Source of the DNA: Camelus dromedarius
Lineage: Eukaryota
Length of the DNA: 64,000 nt
Direction of reading: 5' to 3'
Assembly: GCF_036321535.1 (NCBI RefSeq)
Contig: NC_087436.1
Location: 2,542,001-2,606,000 of the forward strand
In this document: piece by piece, positions 27,501-40,935 of the stretch
Layout: every line of letters starts with the position of its first letter
How positions within the stretch are numbered: the stretch's first letter is position 1
Notes under the pieces: generated by a model
What the model saw: the letters and a program-made list of their open reading frames with translations, nothing else
What the model was told of the DNA's origin: nothing
The model's database searches: none
Translations under genes and position numbers: made by a program

Positions 27501-28020
27501 CCTGCATTTTACACTGTAAAACCGAGATGGAGCTTGTACCTCCCTATATATATGTAAGGAGTGGAGTTTGCAACTGAAAAGAAACTTTGTGTTCCCAACA
27601 AGCTAGGTGAAGGACGGCTTTCACACACACTTATCTCTCACAACTGAGCATGTGGAGAGACTTTCGTTCATCTAGCACAAATGGAACCGTTTGCAGGAGA
27701 AACTTTTACTCTGGTTTCTCAGTCTGTTTCCTAGTGCCGGTTTGAATTTCCTGCAGTTTTCACTGTAAAACCTAGTTGGAGCTAGTACCCACCCATATAT
27801 ATGTATGGAGTGGAGTTTGCAACTGAAAAGGAACTTTGTGTTCCCAACAAGCTAGGTGAAGGACGGCTTTCACACACACTTATCTCTCAGAACTTAGCAT
27901 GTGGAGAGAAGTTCGTTCATCTAGCACAAAGGGAACGGGTTGCAGAAGAAACTTTTACTCTGGTTTCTCAGTCTGTTTCCTAGTGCCGGTGTGAAGTTCC
28001 TGCAGTTTTCACTGTAAAAC
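23560..28020. repeat. 9-monomer higher-order repeat (~2232 bp), about two tandem copies
   Basis: GCTAGAACCT at 23561/25794; ORF pair 24826/27058 (offset 2232); GGTGATTGAC at 25125 and ~27357. Confidence 0.85.
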
Positions 28021-31000
28021 CGAGTTGGTGTTGTACCTACCCATAAATATGTATGGAGTGGAGTTTGCAAGTGAAAAGAAACTTTGTGTTCCCAACAAGC
28101 TAGTTGAAGACGGTATACACACACATTTATCTCTGAGAACTGAGCATGTGGAGAGACGTTCGTTCATCTAGCACAAAGGGAACGTGTTTAAAGAGAAACT
28201 TTTACTCTGGTCTCTCAGTCTGTTTCCTAGTGCCGGTTTGAAGTTCCTGCAGTTTTCACTGTAAAACCGAGTTGGAGATAGTACCTCCCCATATATATGT
28301 ATGGAGTTGAGTTTGCAACTGAAAAGAGTCTTTGTGTTCCCTACAAGCTAGGTGAAGGACGGCTTTCACACACACTTATCTCTCAGAACTGAGCATGTGG
28401 AGAGACGTTCGTTCATCTAGCACAAAGGGAACGGGTTGCAGGAGAAACATTTACTCTGGTTTCTCAGTCTGTTTCCTAGTGCCGGTTGGAAGTTCCTGCA
28501 GTTTTCACTGTAAAACCGAGTTGGAGCTAGTGCCTCCCCATATATATGTATGGAGTGGAGTTTGCAACTGAAAAGAAACTTTGTGTTCCCAACAAGCTAG
28601 GTGAAGGACGGCTTTCACACACACTTATCTCTCAGAACTGAGCATGTGGAGAGACGTTCGTTCATCAAGCACAAAGGGAACGGTTTGCAGGAGAAACTTT
28701 TACTCTGGTTTCTCAGTCTGTTTCCTAGTGCCGGTTTGAAGTTCCTGCATTTTTCACTGTAAAACCGAGATGGGGCTAGTACCTCCCCATATATATGTAT
28801 GGAGTGGAGTTTGCAACTGAAAAGAAACTTTGTGTTCCCAACAAGCTAGGTGAAGGACGGCTTTCACACACACTTATCTCTCAGAACTGAGCATGTGGAG
28901 AGACGTTCGTTCATCTAGCACAAAGGGAAAGGGTTGCAGGTGAAACTTTAACTCTGGTCTCTCAGTCTGTTTCCTAGTGCCGGTTTGAAATTCGTGCGGT
29001 TTTCACTGTAAAACCGAGTTTGAGCTCGTACCTCCCATATATATGTATGGAGTGGAGTTTGCAACTGAAAAGAAACTTTGTGTTCCCAACAAGCTTGGTG
29101 AAGGACGGATTTCACATACAATAATCTCTCAGAAATGAGCATGTGGAGAGACGCCCATTGAACTAGCACAAAGGGAACGGGTTGCAGGAGAAACATTTAC
29201 TCTGGTTTCTCAGTCTGTTTCCTAGTGCCGTTTTGAAGTTCCTGCAGTTTTCACTGTAAAACCGAGTTGGAGCTAGTACCTCCCCATATATATGTATGGA
29301 CTGGAGTTTGCAACTGAAAAGAAACTTTGTGTTCCCAACAAGCTGGGTGAAGGACGGATTTCACACACACTTATCTCTCAGAACTGAGCATGTGGAGAGA
29401 AGTTCGTTCATCTAGCACAAATGGAACGAATTGCAGGAGAAATATTTACTCTGGTTTCTCAGTCTGTTTCCTAGTGCCGGTTGGAATTTCCTTCAGTTTT
29501 CAATGAAAAACAGTGTTGGAACTAGTACCTCCCCATATATATGTAAGGATTGGTGTTTGCAACTGAAAAGAAACTTTGTGTTCCCAACAAGTTTGGTGAA
29601 GGACTGCTTTCTCATGCACTTATCTCTCAGAACTGAGCATGTGGAGAGACGTTCGTTCATCTAGCACAAACGGAGCGTGTTGCAGTAGAAACTTTTACTC
29701 TGGTTTCTCAGTCTGTTTCCTAGTGCCGGTTTGAAGTTCCTGCAGTTTTCACTGTAAAACCGAGTTGGAGCTAGTACCTCCCCATATATATGTATGGAGT
29801 GGGGTTTGCAAGTGAAAAGAAACTTTGTGTTCCCAACAAGCTAGGTGAAGGACGGCTTTCACACACAATTATCTCTCAGAACTGAGCATGTGGAGAGACG
29901 TTCGTTCATCTTGCATAAAGTGAACGTGTTGCAGGAGAAACTTTTACTCTTGTTTCTCAGTCTGTTTCCTAGTGCCGGTTTGAAGTTCCTGCAGTTTTCA
30001 CAGTAAAACCGAGTTGGAGCTATTACCTCCCCATATATATGTATGGAGTGGAGTTTGCAACTGAAAAGAAACTTTGTGTTCCCAACAAGCTAAGTGAAGG
30101 ACGGCTTTCACACACACTTATCTCTGAGAACTGAGCATGTGGAGAGACGTTCGTTCATCTAGCACAAATGGAACATTTTGCAGGAGGAACTTTTACTCTG
30201 GACTCTCGGTATGTTTCCTAGTGCCGGTTTGAAGTTACTGCTGTTTACACTGTAAAACCGAGTTGGGGCTAGTACCTCCCCATATATATCTATGGAGTGG
30301 AGTTTGCAACTGAAAAGAAACTTTGTGTTCCCAACAAGCTAGGTGAAGTACGGCTTTCACTCACACTTATCTCTCAGAACTGAGCATGTGGAGAGACGTT
30401 CTTTCATCTAGCACAAAAGGAACGGGTTGCAGGAGAAACTTTTACTCTGGTTTCTCAGTCTGTTTCCTAGTGGCGTTTTGAAGTTCCTGCAGTTTTCACT
30501 GTAAAACGAAGTGGGAGCTTGTACCTCCCCATAAATATTTATGGAGTGGAGTTTGCAACTGAAAAGAAACTTTGTGTTCCCAACAAGCTAAGTGAAGTAC
30601 GGCTTTCACACACACTTATCTCTGAGAACTGAGCATGTGGAGAGACGTTCGTTCATCTAGCACAAAGGAACGTGATGCAGGAGAAACTTTTACTCTGGTC
30701 TCTCAGTCTGTTTCCTAGTGCCGGTTTTAAGTTCCTGCAGTTTTCAATGTAAACCCGAGTTGGAGCTAGTACGTCCCCATATATATGTATGGTTTGGAGT
30801 TTGCAAATGAATAGAATCTTTGTGTTCCCAACAAGCTAGGTGAAGGACGGCTTTCACACACACTTATCTCTCAGAACTGAGCATGTGGAGAGACGTTCGT
30901 TCATCTAGCAAAAAGGGAACGGGTTGCAGGGGAAACTTTTACTCTGGTTTCTCAGTCTGTTTCCTAGTGCCGGTTTGAAGTTCCTGCAGTTTTCACTGTA

Positions 31001-32149
31001 AAACCGAGTTGGAGCTTGTACCTACCCATATATATGTATGGAGTGGAGTTTGCAATTGACAAGAAACTTTGTGTTCCCAAAAGAAACGTGAAGGACGGCT
31101 TTCACACACACTTATCTCTTAGAACTGAGCATGTGGAGAGACGTTCGTTCATCTAGCACAAAGGGAACGGGTGGCAGGAGAAACATTTACTCTGGTTTAT
31201 CAGTGTGTTTCCTAGTGCCGGTTTGAAGTTCCTGCAGTTTTCACTCTAAAAGCGAGTTGGAGCTAGTACCTCCCCATATATATTTATGGAGTGGAGTTTG
31301 CAACTGAAAAGAAACTTTGTGTTCATAACAAGCTAGGTGAAGGACGGCATTCACACACACTTATCTCTCAGAACTGAGCATTTGGAGAGTGGTTCGTTCA
31401 TCTAGCACAAAGGGAACGGGTTGCAGGAGAAACTTTTACTCTGGTTTCTCAGTCTGTTTCCTAGTGCCGGTTTGAAGTTCCTGCAGTTTTCACTGTAAAA
31501 CCGAGTTGGAGCTAGTACCTCCCCGTAAAAATGTATGGAGTGGAGTTTGCAACTGAAAAGAAACTTTGTGTTCCCAACAAGCTAAGTGAAGGACGGCTTT
31601 CACACACACTTATCTCTGAGAACTGAGCATGTGGAGAGACGTTCGTTCATCTAGCACAAATGGAACATTTTGCAGGAGGAACTTTTACTCTGGACTCTCG
31701 GTATGTTTCCTAGTGCCGGTTTGAAGTTACTGCTGTTTACACTGTAAAACCGAGTTGGGGCTAGTACCTCCCCATATATATCTATGGAGTGGAGTTTGCA
31801 ACTGAAAAGAAACTTTGTGTTCCCAACAAGCTAGGTGAAGTACGGCTTTCACTCACACTTATCTCTCAGAACTGAGCATGTGGAGAGACGTTCTTTCATC
31901 TAGCACAAAAGGAACGGGTTGCAGGAGAAACTTTTACTCTGGTTTCTCAGTCTGTTTCCTAGTGGCGTTTTGAAGTTCCTGCAGTTTTCACTGTAAAACG
32001 AAGTGGGAGCTTGTACCTCCCCATAAATATTTATGGAGTGGAGTTTGCAACTGAAAAGAAACTTTGTGTTCCCAACAAGCTAAGTGAAGTACGGCTTTCA
32101 CACACACTTATCTCTGAGAACTGAGCATGTGGAGAGACGTTCGTTCATC

Positions 32150-35100
32150 TAGCAAAAAGGGAACGGGTTGCAGGGGAAACTTTTACTCTGGTTTCTCAGT
32201 CTGTTTCCTAGTGCCGGTTTGAAGTTCCTGCAGTTTTCACTGTAAAACCGAGTTGGAGCTTGTACCTACCCATATATATGTATGGAGTGGAGTTTGCAAC
32301 TGAAAAGAAACTTTGTGTTCCCAACAAGCTAGGTGAAGGACGGCTTTCACACACACTTATCTCTCACAACTGAGCATGTGGAGAGACTTTCGTTCATCTA
32401 GCACAATGGGAATGGTTTGCAGGAGAAACATTTTCTCTGGTTTCTCAGTCTGTTTCCTAGTGCCAGTTTGAAATTCCTGCAGTTTTCACTGTAAAACAGA
32501 GTTGGAGCTAGTACCTCCCCATATATATGTATGGATTGGAGTTTGCAACTGAAAAGAAACTTTGTGTTCCCAACAAGCTAGGTGAAGTACGGCTTTCACA
32601 CACTTATCTTTCAGAACTGAGCATGTGGAGAGAAGTTCGTTCATCTAGCACAAAAATAACGGGTTGCAGGAGAAACTTTTACTCTGGTTTCAGTCTGTTT
32701 CCTACTGCCGGTTTGAAGTTCCTGCAGTTTTCACTGTAAAACCGAGTTGGAGCTAGTACCTCCCCATATATATGTATGGAGTGGAGTTTGCAACTGAAAA
32801 GAAACTTTGTGTTCCCAACAAGCTAGGTGAAGGACGGCTTTCACACACACTTATCTCTCAGAACTGAGCATGTGGAGAGACTTTCGTTCATCTAGCACTA
32901 AGGGAACGGTTTGCAGGAGAAACTTTTTCTCTGGTTTCTCAGTCTGTTTCCTAGTGCCGGTCTGAAGTTCCTGCATTTTACACTGTAAAACCGAGATGGA
33001 GCTTGTACCTCCCTATATATATGTAAGGAGTGGAGTTTGCAACTGAAAAGAAACTTTGTGTTCCCAACAAGCTAGGTGAAGGACGGCTTTCACACACACT
33101 TATCTCTCAGAACTGAGCATATGGAGAGACGTTCGTTCATCTAGCACAAATGGAACCGTTTGCAGGAGAAACTTTTACTCAGGTTTCTCAGTCTGTTTCC
33201 TAGTGCCGGTTTGAATTTCCTGCAGTTTTCACTGTAAAACCTAGTTGGAGCTAGTACCCACCCATATATATGTATGGAGTGGAGTTTGCAACTGAAAAGG
33301 AACTTTGTGTTCCCAACAAGCTAGGTGAAGGACGGCTTTCACACACACTTATCTCTCAGAACTGAGCATGTGGAGAGACGTTCGTTCATCTAGCACAAAC
33401 GGAACGGGTTGCAGAAGAAACTTTTACTCTGGTTTCTCAGTCTGTTTCCTAGTGCCGGTGTGAAGTTCCTGCAGTTTTCACTGTAAAACCGAGTTGGTGT
33501 TGTACCTACCCATAAATATGTATGGAGTGGAGTTTGCAAGTGAAAAGAAACTTTGTGTTCCCAACAAGCTAGTTGAAGACGGTATACACACACATTTATC
33601 TCTGAGAACTGAGCATGTGGAGAGACGTTCGTTCATCTAGCACAAAGGGAACGGGTTCCAGGAGAAACATTTACTCTGGTTTCTCAGTCTGTTTCCTAGT
33701 GCCGGTTGGAAGTTCCTGCAGTTTTCACTGTAAAACCGAGTTGGAGCTAGTGCCTCCCCATATATATGTATGGAGTGGAGTTTGCAACTGAAAAGAAACT
33801 TTGTGTTCCCAACAAGCTAGGTGAAGGACGGCTTTCACACACACTTATCTCTCAGAACTGAGCATGTGGAGAGACGTTCGTTCATCTAGCACAAAGGGAT
33901 CGGTTTGCAGGAGAAACTTTTACTCTGGTTTCTCAGTCTGTTTCCTAGTGCCGGTTTGAAGTTCCTGCATTTTTCACTGTAAAACCGAGATGGAGCTAGT
34001 ACCTCCCCATATATATGCATGGAGTGGAGTTTGCAACTGAAAAGAAACTTTGTGTTCCCAACAAGCTAGGTGAAGAACGGCTTTCACACACACTTATCTC
34101 TCAGAACTGAGCATGTGGAGAGACGTTCGTTCATCTAGCACAAAGGGAACGGGTTGCAGGTGAAACTTTTACTCTGGTCTCTCAGTCTGTTTCCTAGTGC
34201 CGGTTTGAAATTCGTGCGGTTTTCACTGTAAAACCGAGTTTGAGCTCGTACCTCCCATATATATGTATGGAGTGGAGTTTGCAACTGGAAAGAAACTTTG
34301 TGTTCCCAACAAGCTAGGTGAAGGACGGCTTTCACACACACGTATCTCTCAGAACTGAGCATGTAGAGAGACGTTCGTTCATCTAGCACAAAGGAACGGG
34401 TTGCAGGAGATAATTTTACTCTGGTTTCTCAGTCTGTTTCCTAGTGCCGTTTTGAAGTTCCTGCAGTTTTCACTGTAAAACCGAGTTGGAGCTAGTACCT
34501 CCCCATAAATATGTATGGAGAGGAGTTTGCAAGTGAAAAGAAACTTTGTGTTCCCAACAAGCTTGGTGAAGGACGGATTTCACATACAATAATCTCTCAG
34601 AAATGAGCATGTGGAGAGACGCCCATTGAACTAGCACAAAGGGAACGGGTTGCAGGAGAAACTTTTACTCTGGTTTCTCAGTCTTTTTCCGAGTGCATTT
34701 TTGAAGTTCCTGCAGTTTTCACTGTAAAACCGAGTTGGAGCTAGTATCTCCCCATATATATGTATGGACTGGAGTTTGCAACTGAAAAGAAACTTTGTGT
34801 TCCCAACAAGCTGGGTGAAGGACGGATTTCACACACACTTATCTCTCAGAACTGAGCATGTGGAGAGAAGTTCGTTCATCTAGCACAAAGGGAACGAATT
34901 GCAGGAGAAATATTTACTCTGGTTTCTCAGTCTGTTTCCTAGTGCCGGTTGGAATTTGATTCAGTTTTCAATGAAAAACAGTGTTGGAACTAGTACCTCC
35001 CCATATATATGTAAGGATTGGTGTTTGCAACTGAAAAGAAACTTTGTGTTCCCAACAAGTTTTGTGAAGGACTGCTTTCTCATGCACTTATCTCTCAGAA

Positions 35101-35330
35101 CTGAGCATGTGGAGAGACGTTCGTTCATCTAGCACAAACGGAGCGTGTTGCAGTAGAAACTTTTACTCTGGTTTCTCAGTCTGTTTCCTAGTGCCGGTTT
35201 GAAGTTCCTGCAATTTTCACTGTAAAACCGAGTTGGAGCTTGTACCTCCCCATGTATATGTATGGAGTGGGGTTTGCAAGTGAAAAGAAACTTTGTGTTC
35301 CCAACAAGCTAGGTGAAGGACGGCTTTCAC
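32150..35330. repeat. Copy of the ~26680-29860 block at a 22-monomer offset (5468-5469 bp), with internal monomer gain/loss
   Basis: ORF pairs 27058/32527, 27921/33390 and 29431/34899. The internal pair ending at 29196/34389 sits at a different offset, consistent with monomer-sized indels inside the block. Confidence 0.8.
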
Positions 35331-35349
35331 ACACACTTATCTCTCAGAA

Positions 35350-38212
35350 CTGAGCATTTGGAGAGTGGTTCGTTCATCTAGCACAAAGGGAACGGGTTGC
35401 AGGAGAAACTTTTACTCTGGTTTCTCAGTCTGTTTCCTAGTGCCGGTTTGAAGTTCCTGCAGTTTTCACTGTAAAACCGAGTTGGAGCTAGTACCTCCCC
35501 GTAAAAATGTATGGAGTGGAGTTTGCAAATGAAAAGAAACTTTGTGTTCCCAACAAGCTAAGTGAAGGACGGCTTTCACACACACTTATCTCTGAGAAAT
35601 GAGCATGTGGAGAGACGTTCGTTCATCTAGCACAAATGGAACATGTTGCAGGAGGAACTTTTACTCTGGACTCTCGGTCTGTTTCCTAGTGCCGGTTTGA
35701 AGTTACTGCTGTTTACACTGTAAAACCGAGTTGGGGCTAGTACCTCCCCATATATATCTATGGAGTGGAGTTTGCAACTGAAAAGAAACTTTGTGTTCCC
35801 AAAAAGCTAGGTGAAGTACGGCTTTCACTCACACTTATCTCTCAGAACTGAGCATGTGGAGAGACGTTCGTTCATCTAGCACAAAAGGAACGGGATGCAG
35901 GAGAAACTTTTACTCTGGTTTCTCAGTCTGTTTCCTAGTGGCGTTTTGAAGTTCCTGCAGTTTTCACTGTAAAACGGAGTGGGAGCTTGTACCTCCCCAT
36001 AAATATTTATGGAGTGGAGTTTGCAACTGAAAAGAAACTTTGTGTTCCCAACAAGCTAGGTGAAGTACGGCTTTCACACACACTTATCTCTGAGAACTGA
36101 GCATGTGGAGAGACGTTCGTTCATCTAGCACAAAGGGAACGTGTTGCAGGACAAACTATTACTCTGGTCTCTCAGTCTGTTTCCTAGTGCCGGTTTGAAG
36201 TTCCTGCAGTTTTCACTGTAAAACCGAGTTGGAGCTATTACCTCCCCATATATATGTATGGAGTGGAGTTTGCAACTCAAAAGAAACTTTGTGTTCCAAA
36301 CAAGGTAGGTGAAGTACGGCTTTCACACACACTTATCTCTCAGAACTGAGCATGTGGAGAGACGTTCGTTCATCTAGCACAAAGGGAACGGTTTGCAGGA
36401 GAAACTTTTACTCTGGTTTCAGTCTGTTTCCTACTGCCTGTTTGAAGTTCCTGCAGTTTTCACTGTAAAACCGAGTTGGAGCTAGTACCTCCCCATATAT
36501 ATGTATGGAGTGGAGTTTGCAACTGAAAAGAAACTTTGTGTTCCCAACAAGCTAGGTGAAGGACGGCTTTCACACACACTTATCTCTCAGAACTGAGCAT
36601 ATGGAGAGACGTTCGTTCATCTAGCACAAATGGAACCGTTTGCAGGAGAAACTTTTACTCTGGTTTCTCAGACTGTTTCCTAGTGCTGGTTTGAATTTCC
36701 TGCAGTTTTCACTGTAAAACCGAGTTGGAGCTATTACCTCCCCATATATATGTATGGAGTGGAGTTTGCAACTCAAAAGAAACTTTGTGTTCCAAACAAG
36801 GTAGGTGAAGTACGGCTTTCACACACACTTATCTCTCAGAACTGAGCATTTGGAGAGTGGTTCGTTCATCTAGCACAAAGGGAACGGGTTGCAGGAGAAA
36901 CTTTTACTCTGGTTTCTCAGTCTGTTTCCTAGTGCCGGTTTGAAGTTCCTGCAGTTTTCACTGTAAAACCGAGTTGGAGCTAGTACCTCCCCGTAAAAAT
37001 GTATGGAGTGGAGTTTGCAAATGAAAAGAAACTTTGTGTTCCCAACAAGCTAAGTGAAGGACGGCTTTCACACACACTTATCTCTGAGAAATGAGCATGT
37101 GGAGAGACGTTCGTTCATCTAGCACAAATGGAACATGTTGCAGGAGGAACTTTTACTCTGGACTCTCGGTCTGTTTCCTAGTGCCGGTTTGAAGTTACTG
37201 CTGTTTACACTGTAAAACCGGGTTGGGGCTAGTACCTCCCCATATATATCTATGGAGTGGAGTTTGCAACTGAAAAGAAACTTTGTGTTCCCAAAAAGCT
37301 AGGTGAAGTACGGCTTTCACTCACACTTATCTCTCAGAACTGAGCATGTGGAGAGACGTTCGTTCATCTAGCACAAAAGGAACGGGATGCAGGAGAAACT
37401 TTTACTCTGGTTTCTCAGTCTGTTTCCTAGTGGCGTTTTGAAGTTCCTGCAGTTTTCACTGTAAAACGGAGTGGGAGCTTGTACCTCCCCATAAATATTT
37501 ATGGAGTGGAGTTTGCAACTGAAAAGAAACTTTGTGTTCCCAACAAGCTAGGTGAAGTACGGCTTTCACACACACTTATCTCTGAGAACTGAGCATGTGG
37601 AGAGACGTTCGTTCATCTAGCACAAAGGGAACGTGTTGCAGGACAAACTATTACTCTGGTCTCTCAGTCTGTTTCCTAGTGCCGGTTTGAAGTTCCTGCA
37701 GTTTTCACTGTAAAACCGAGTTGGAGCTATTACCTCCCCATATATATGTATGGAGTGGAGTTTGCAACTCAAAAGAAACTTTGTGTTCCAAACAAGGTAG
37801 GTGAAGTACGGCTTTCACACACACTTATCTCTCAGAACTGAGCATGTGGAGAGACGTTCGTTCATCTAGCACAAAGGGAACGGTTTGCAGGAGAAACTTT
37901 TACTCTGGTTTCAGTCTGTTTCCTACTGCCTGTTTGAAGTTCCTGCAGTTTTCACTGTAAAACCGAGTTGGAGCTAGTACCTCCCCATATATATGTATGG
38001 AGTGGAGTTTGCAACTGAAAAGAAACTTTGTGTTCCCAACAAGCTAGGTGAAGGACGGCTTTCACACACACTTATCTCTCAGAACTGAGCATATGGAGAG
38101 ACGTTCGTTCATCTAGCACAAATGGAACCGTTTGCAGGAGAAACTTTTACTCTGGTTTCTCAGACTGTTTCCTAGTGCTGGTTTGAATTTCCTGCAGTTT
38201 TCACTGTAAAAC
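35350..38212. repeat. Near-identical tandem 6-monomer duplication (1492 bp)
   Basis: GCATTTGGAGAGTGGTT, CCCCGTAAAAATG, CCCAAAAAGCT, GGACAAACTATT and GTGCTGGTTTGAATTT all recur at +1492. Confidence 0.9.
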
Positions 38213-39119
38213 CGAGTTGGAGCTAGTACCTCGCCATATATATGTATGGAGTGGGGTTTGCAACTGAAAAGGAACTTTGTGTTCCCAACAAGCTAGGTGA
38301 AGAACGGCTTTCACACACACTTATCTCTCAGAACTGAGCATGTGGAAAGACTTTCGTTCATCTAGCACAAAGTGAAAGTGTTACAGTAGAAACTTTTACT
38401 CTGGTTTCTCAGTCTATTTCCTAGTGCCGGTTTGAAGTTCCTGCAGTTTTCACTGTAAAACCGAGTTGGAGCTAGTACCTCCCCATAAATATGTATGGAG
38501 TGGTGTTTGCAAATGAACAGAAACTTTGTGTTCCCAACAAGCTAGGTGAAGGACGGCTTTCACACACATATTTCTCTCAGAACTGAGCATGTGGAGAGAC
38601 TATCGTTCATCTAGCAGAAAGGGAACGGGTTGTAGGAGAAACTTTTCTCTGGTTTCTCAGTCTGTTTCCTAGTGCCGGTTTGAAGTTCCTGCAGTTTTCA
38701 CTGTAAAACCGAGTTGGAGCTAGTACCTCCCCATATATATGTATGGAGTGGTGTTTGCAACTGAAAAGAAAGTTTGTGTTCCCAACAAGTTAGGTGAAGG
38801 ACGGCTTTCACACACACTTATCTCTCAGAAATGAGAATGTGGAGAGACGTTCGTTCATCTAGCACAAAGGGAACGGGTTGCAGGAGAAACTTTTACTCTG
38901 GTTTGTCAGTCTGTTTCCTAGTGCCGGTTTGAAGTTCCTGCAGTTTTCACTGTAAAACCAAGTTGGAGCTAGTACCTCCCCATAAATATATATGGAGTGG
39001 AGTTTGCAACTGAAAAGAAACTTTGTGTTCCCAACAAGCTAGGTGAAGAACGGCTTTCACACACACTTATCTCTGAGAACTGAGCATGTGGAGAGACGTT
39101 CGTTCATCTAGCGCAAAGG

Positions 39120-40935
39120 GAACGGGTTGCAGGGGAAACTTTTACTCTGGTTTCTCACTCTGTTTCCTAGTGCCGGGTTGAAGTTCCTGCAGTTTTCACT
39201 GTAAAACCGAGTTGGAGCTAGTACCTCCCCATATATATGTATGGAGTGGAGTTTGCAACTGAAAAGAATCTTTGTGTTCCCAACAAGCTAGGTGAAGGAC
39301 GGCTTTCACACACACTTATCTCTCACAACTGAGCATGTGGAGAGACTTTCGTTCATCTAGCAAAATGGGAACGGTTTGCAGGAGAAACATTTTCTCTGGT
39401 TTCTCAGTCTGTTTCCTAGTGCCAGTTTGAAATTCCTGCAGTTTTCACTGTAAAACAGAGTTGGAGCTAGTACCTCCCCATATATATGTATGGATTGGAG
39501 TTTGCAACTGAAAAGAAACTTTGTGTTCCCAACAAGCTAGGTGAAGTACGGCTTTCACACACTTATCTCTCAGAACTGAGCATGTGGAGAGAAGTTCGTT
39601 CATCTAGCACAAAAATAACGGGTTGCAGGAGAAACTTTTACTCTGGTTTCTCAGTCTGTTTCCTAGTGGCGTTTTGAAGTTCCTGCAGTTTTCACTGTAA
39701 AACCGAGTGGGAGCTTGTACCTCCCCATAAATATTTATGGAGTGGATTTTGCAACTGAAAAGAAACTTTGTGTTCCCAACAAGCTAGGTGAAGGACGGCT
39801 TTCACACACACTTATCTCTCACAACTGAGCATGTGGAGAGACGTTCATTCATCTAGCACAAATGGAACGGGTTGCATTAGAAAATTTTACTCTGGTTTCT
39901 CATTCTGTTTCCTAGTGCAGGTTTGAAGTTCCTGCAGTTTTCACTGTAAAAATGAGTTGGAGCTAGTACCCCCCCATAAATATGTATGGAGTGGAGTTTG
40001 CAACTGAAAAGAACTTTGTGTTCCCAACAAGGTAGTTGAAGGACGGCTTTCACACAGACTTATCTCTGAGAACTGAGCATGTGGAGAGACGTTCGTTCAT
40101 CTAGCACAAAGGGAACGTGTTGCAGGAGAAACTTTTACTCTGGTTTCTCAGTCTGTTTCCTAGTGCCGGTTTGAAGTTCCTGCAGTTTTCACTGTAAAAC
40201 CGAGTTGGAGCTAGTACCTCCCCATAAATATGTATGGAGTGGAGTTTGCAACTGAAAAGAAACTTTGTGTTCCCAACAAGCTAGGTGAAGGACGGCTTTC
40301 ACACACACTTATCTCTGAGAACTGAGCATGTGGAGAGACGATCGTTCATCTAGCACTAAGGGAACGTGTTGCAGGAGAAACTTTTACTCTGGTCTTTCAG
40401 TCTGTTTCCTAGTGCCGGGTTGAAGTTCCTGCAGTTTTCACTGTAAAACCGAGTTGGAGCTAGTACCTCCCCTTATATATGTATGAAGTGGAGTTTGCAA
40501 CTGAAAAGAAAGTTTGTGTTCCCAACAAGCAAGTTGAAGGACGGCTTTCACACACACTTATTTCTCAGAACTGAGCATGTGAAGAGACGTTCGTTCACCT
40601 AGCACAAAGGGAAAGGTTTGCAGGAGAAACTTTTACTCTGTCTTCTCAGTCTGTTTCCTAGTGCCGCTTTGAAGTTCCTGCAGTTTTCACTGTAAAACAG
40701 ACTTGGAGCTAGTACCTCCCCTTATATATGTATGGAGTGGACTTTGCAACTGAAAAGAAACTTTGTGTTCCCAACAATCTTGGTGAAGGACGGCTTTCAC
40801 ACACACTTATCTCTCAGAACTGAGCATGTGGAGAGACGTTCGTTCATCTAGCACAAAGGGAACGGCTTGCAGGAGAAACTTTTACTCTGGTTTCTCAGTC
40901 TGTTTCCTAGTGCCTGTTTGAAGTTCCTGCAGTTT
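39120..40935. repeat. Dispersed ~7-monomer copy of the ~16750-18560 / ~10280-12090 block
   Basis: ORF pair 17113/39486 (offset 22373); same ordered markers GCAAAATGGG, GTACCCCCCC, GAGACGATCG, CAAGCAAGTT, GCCGCTTT and GGACTTTGC. Confidence 0.88.
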
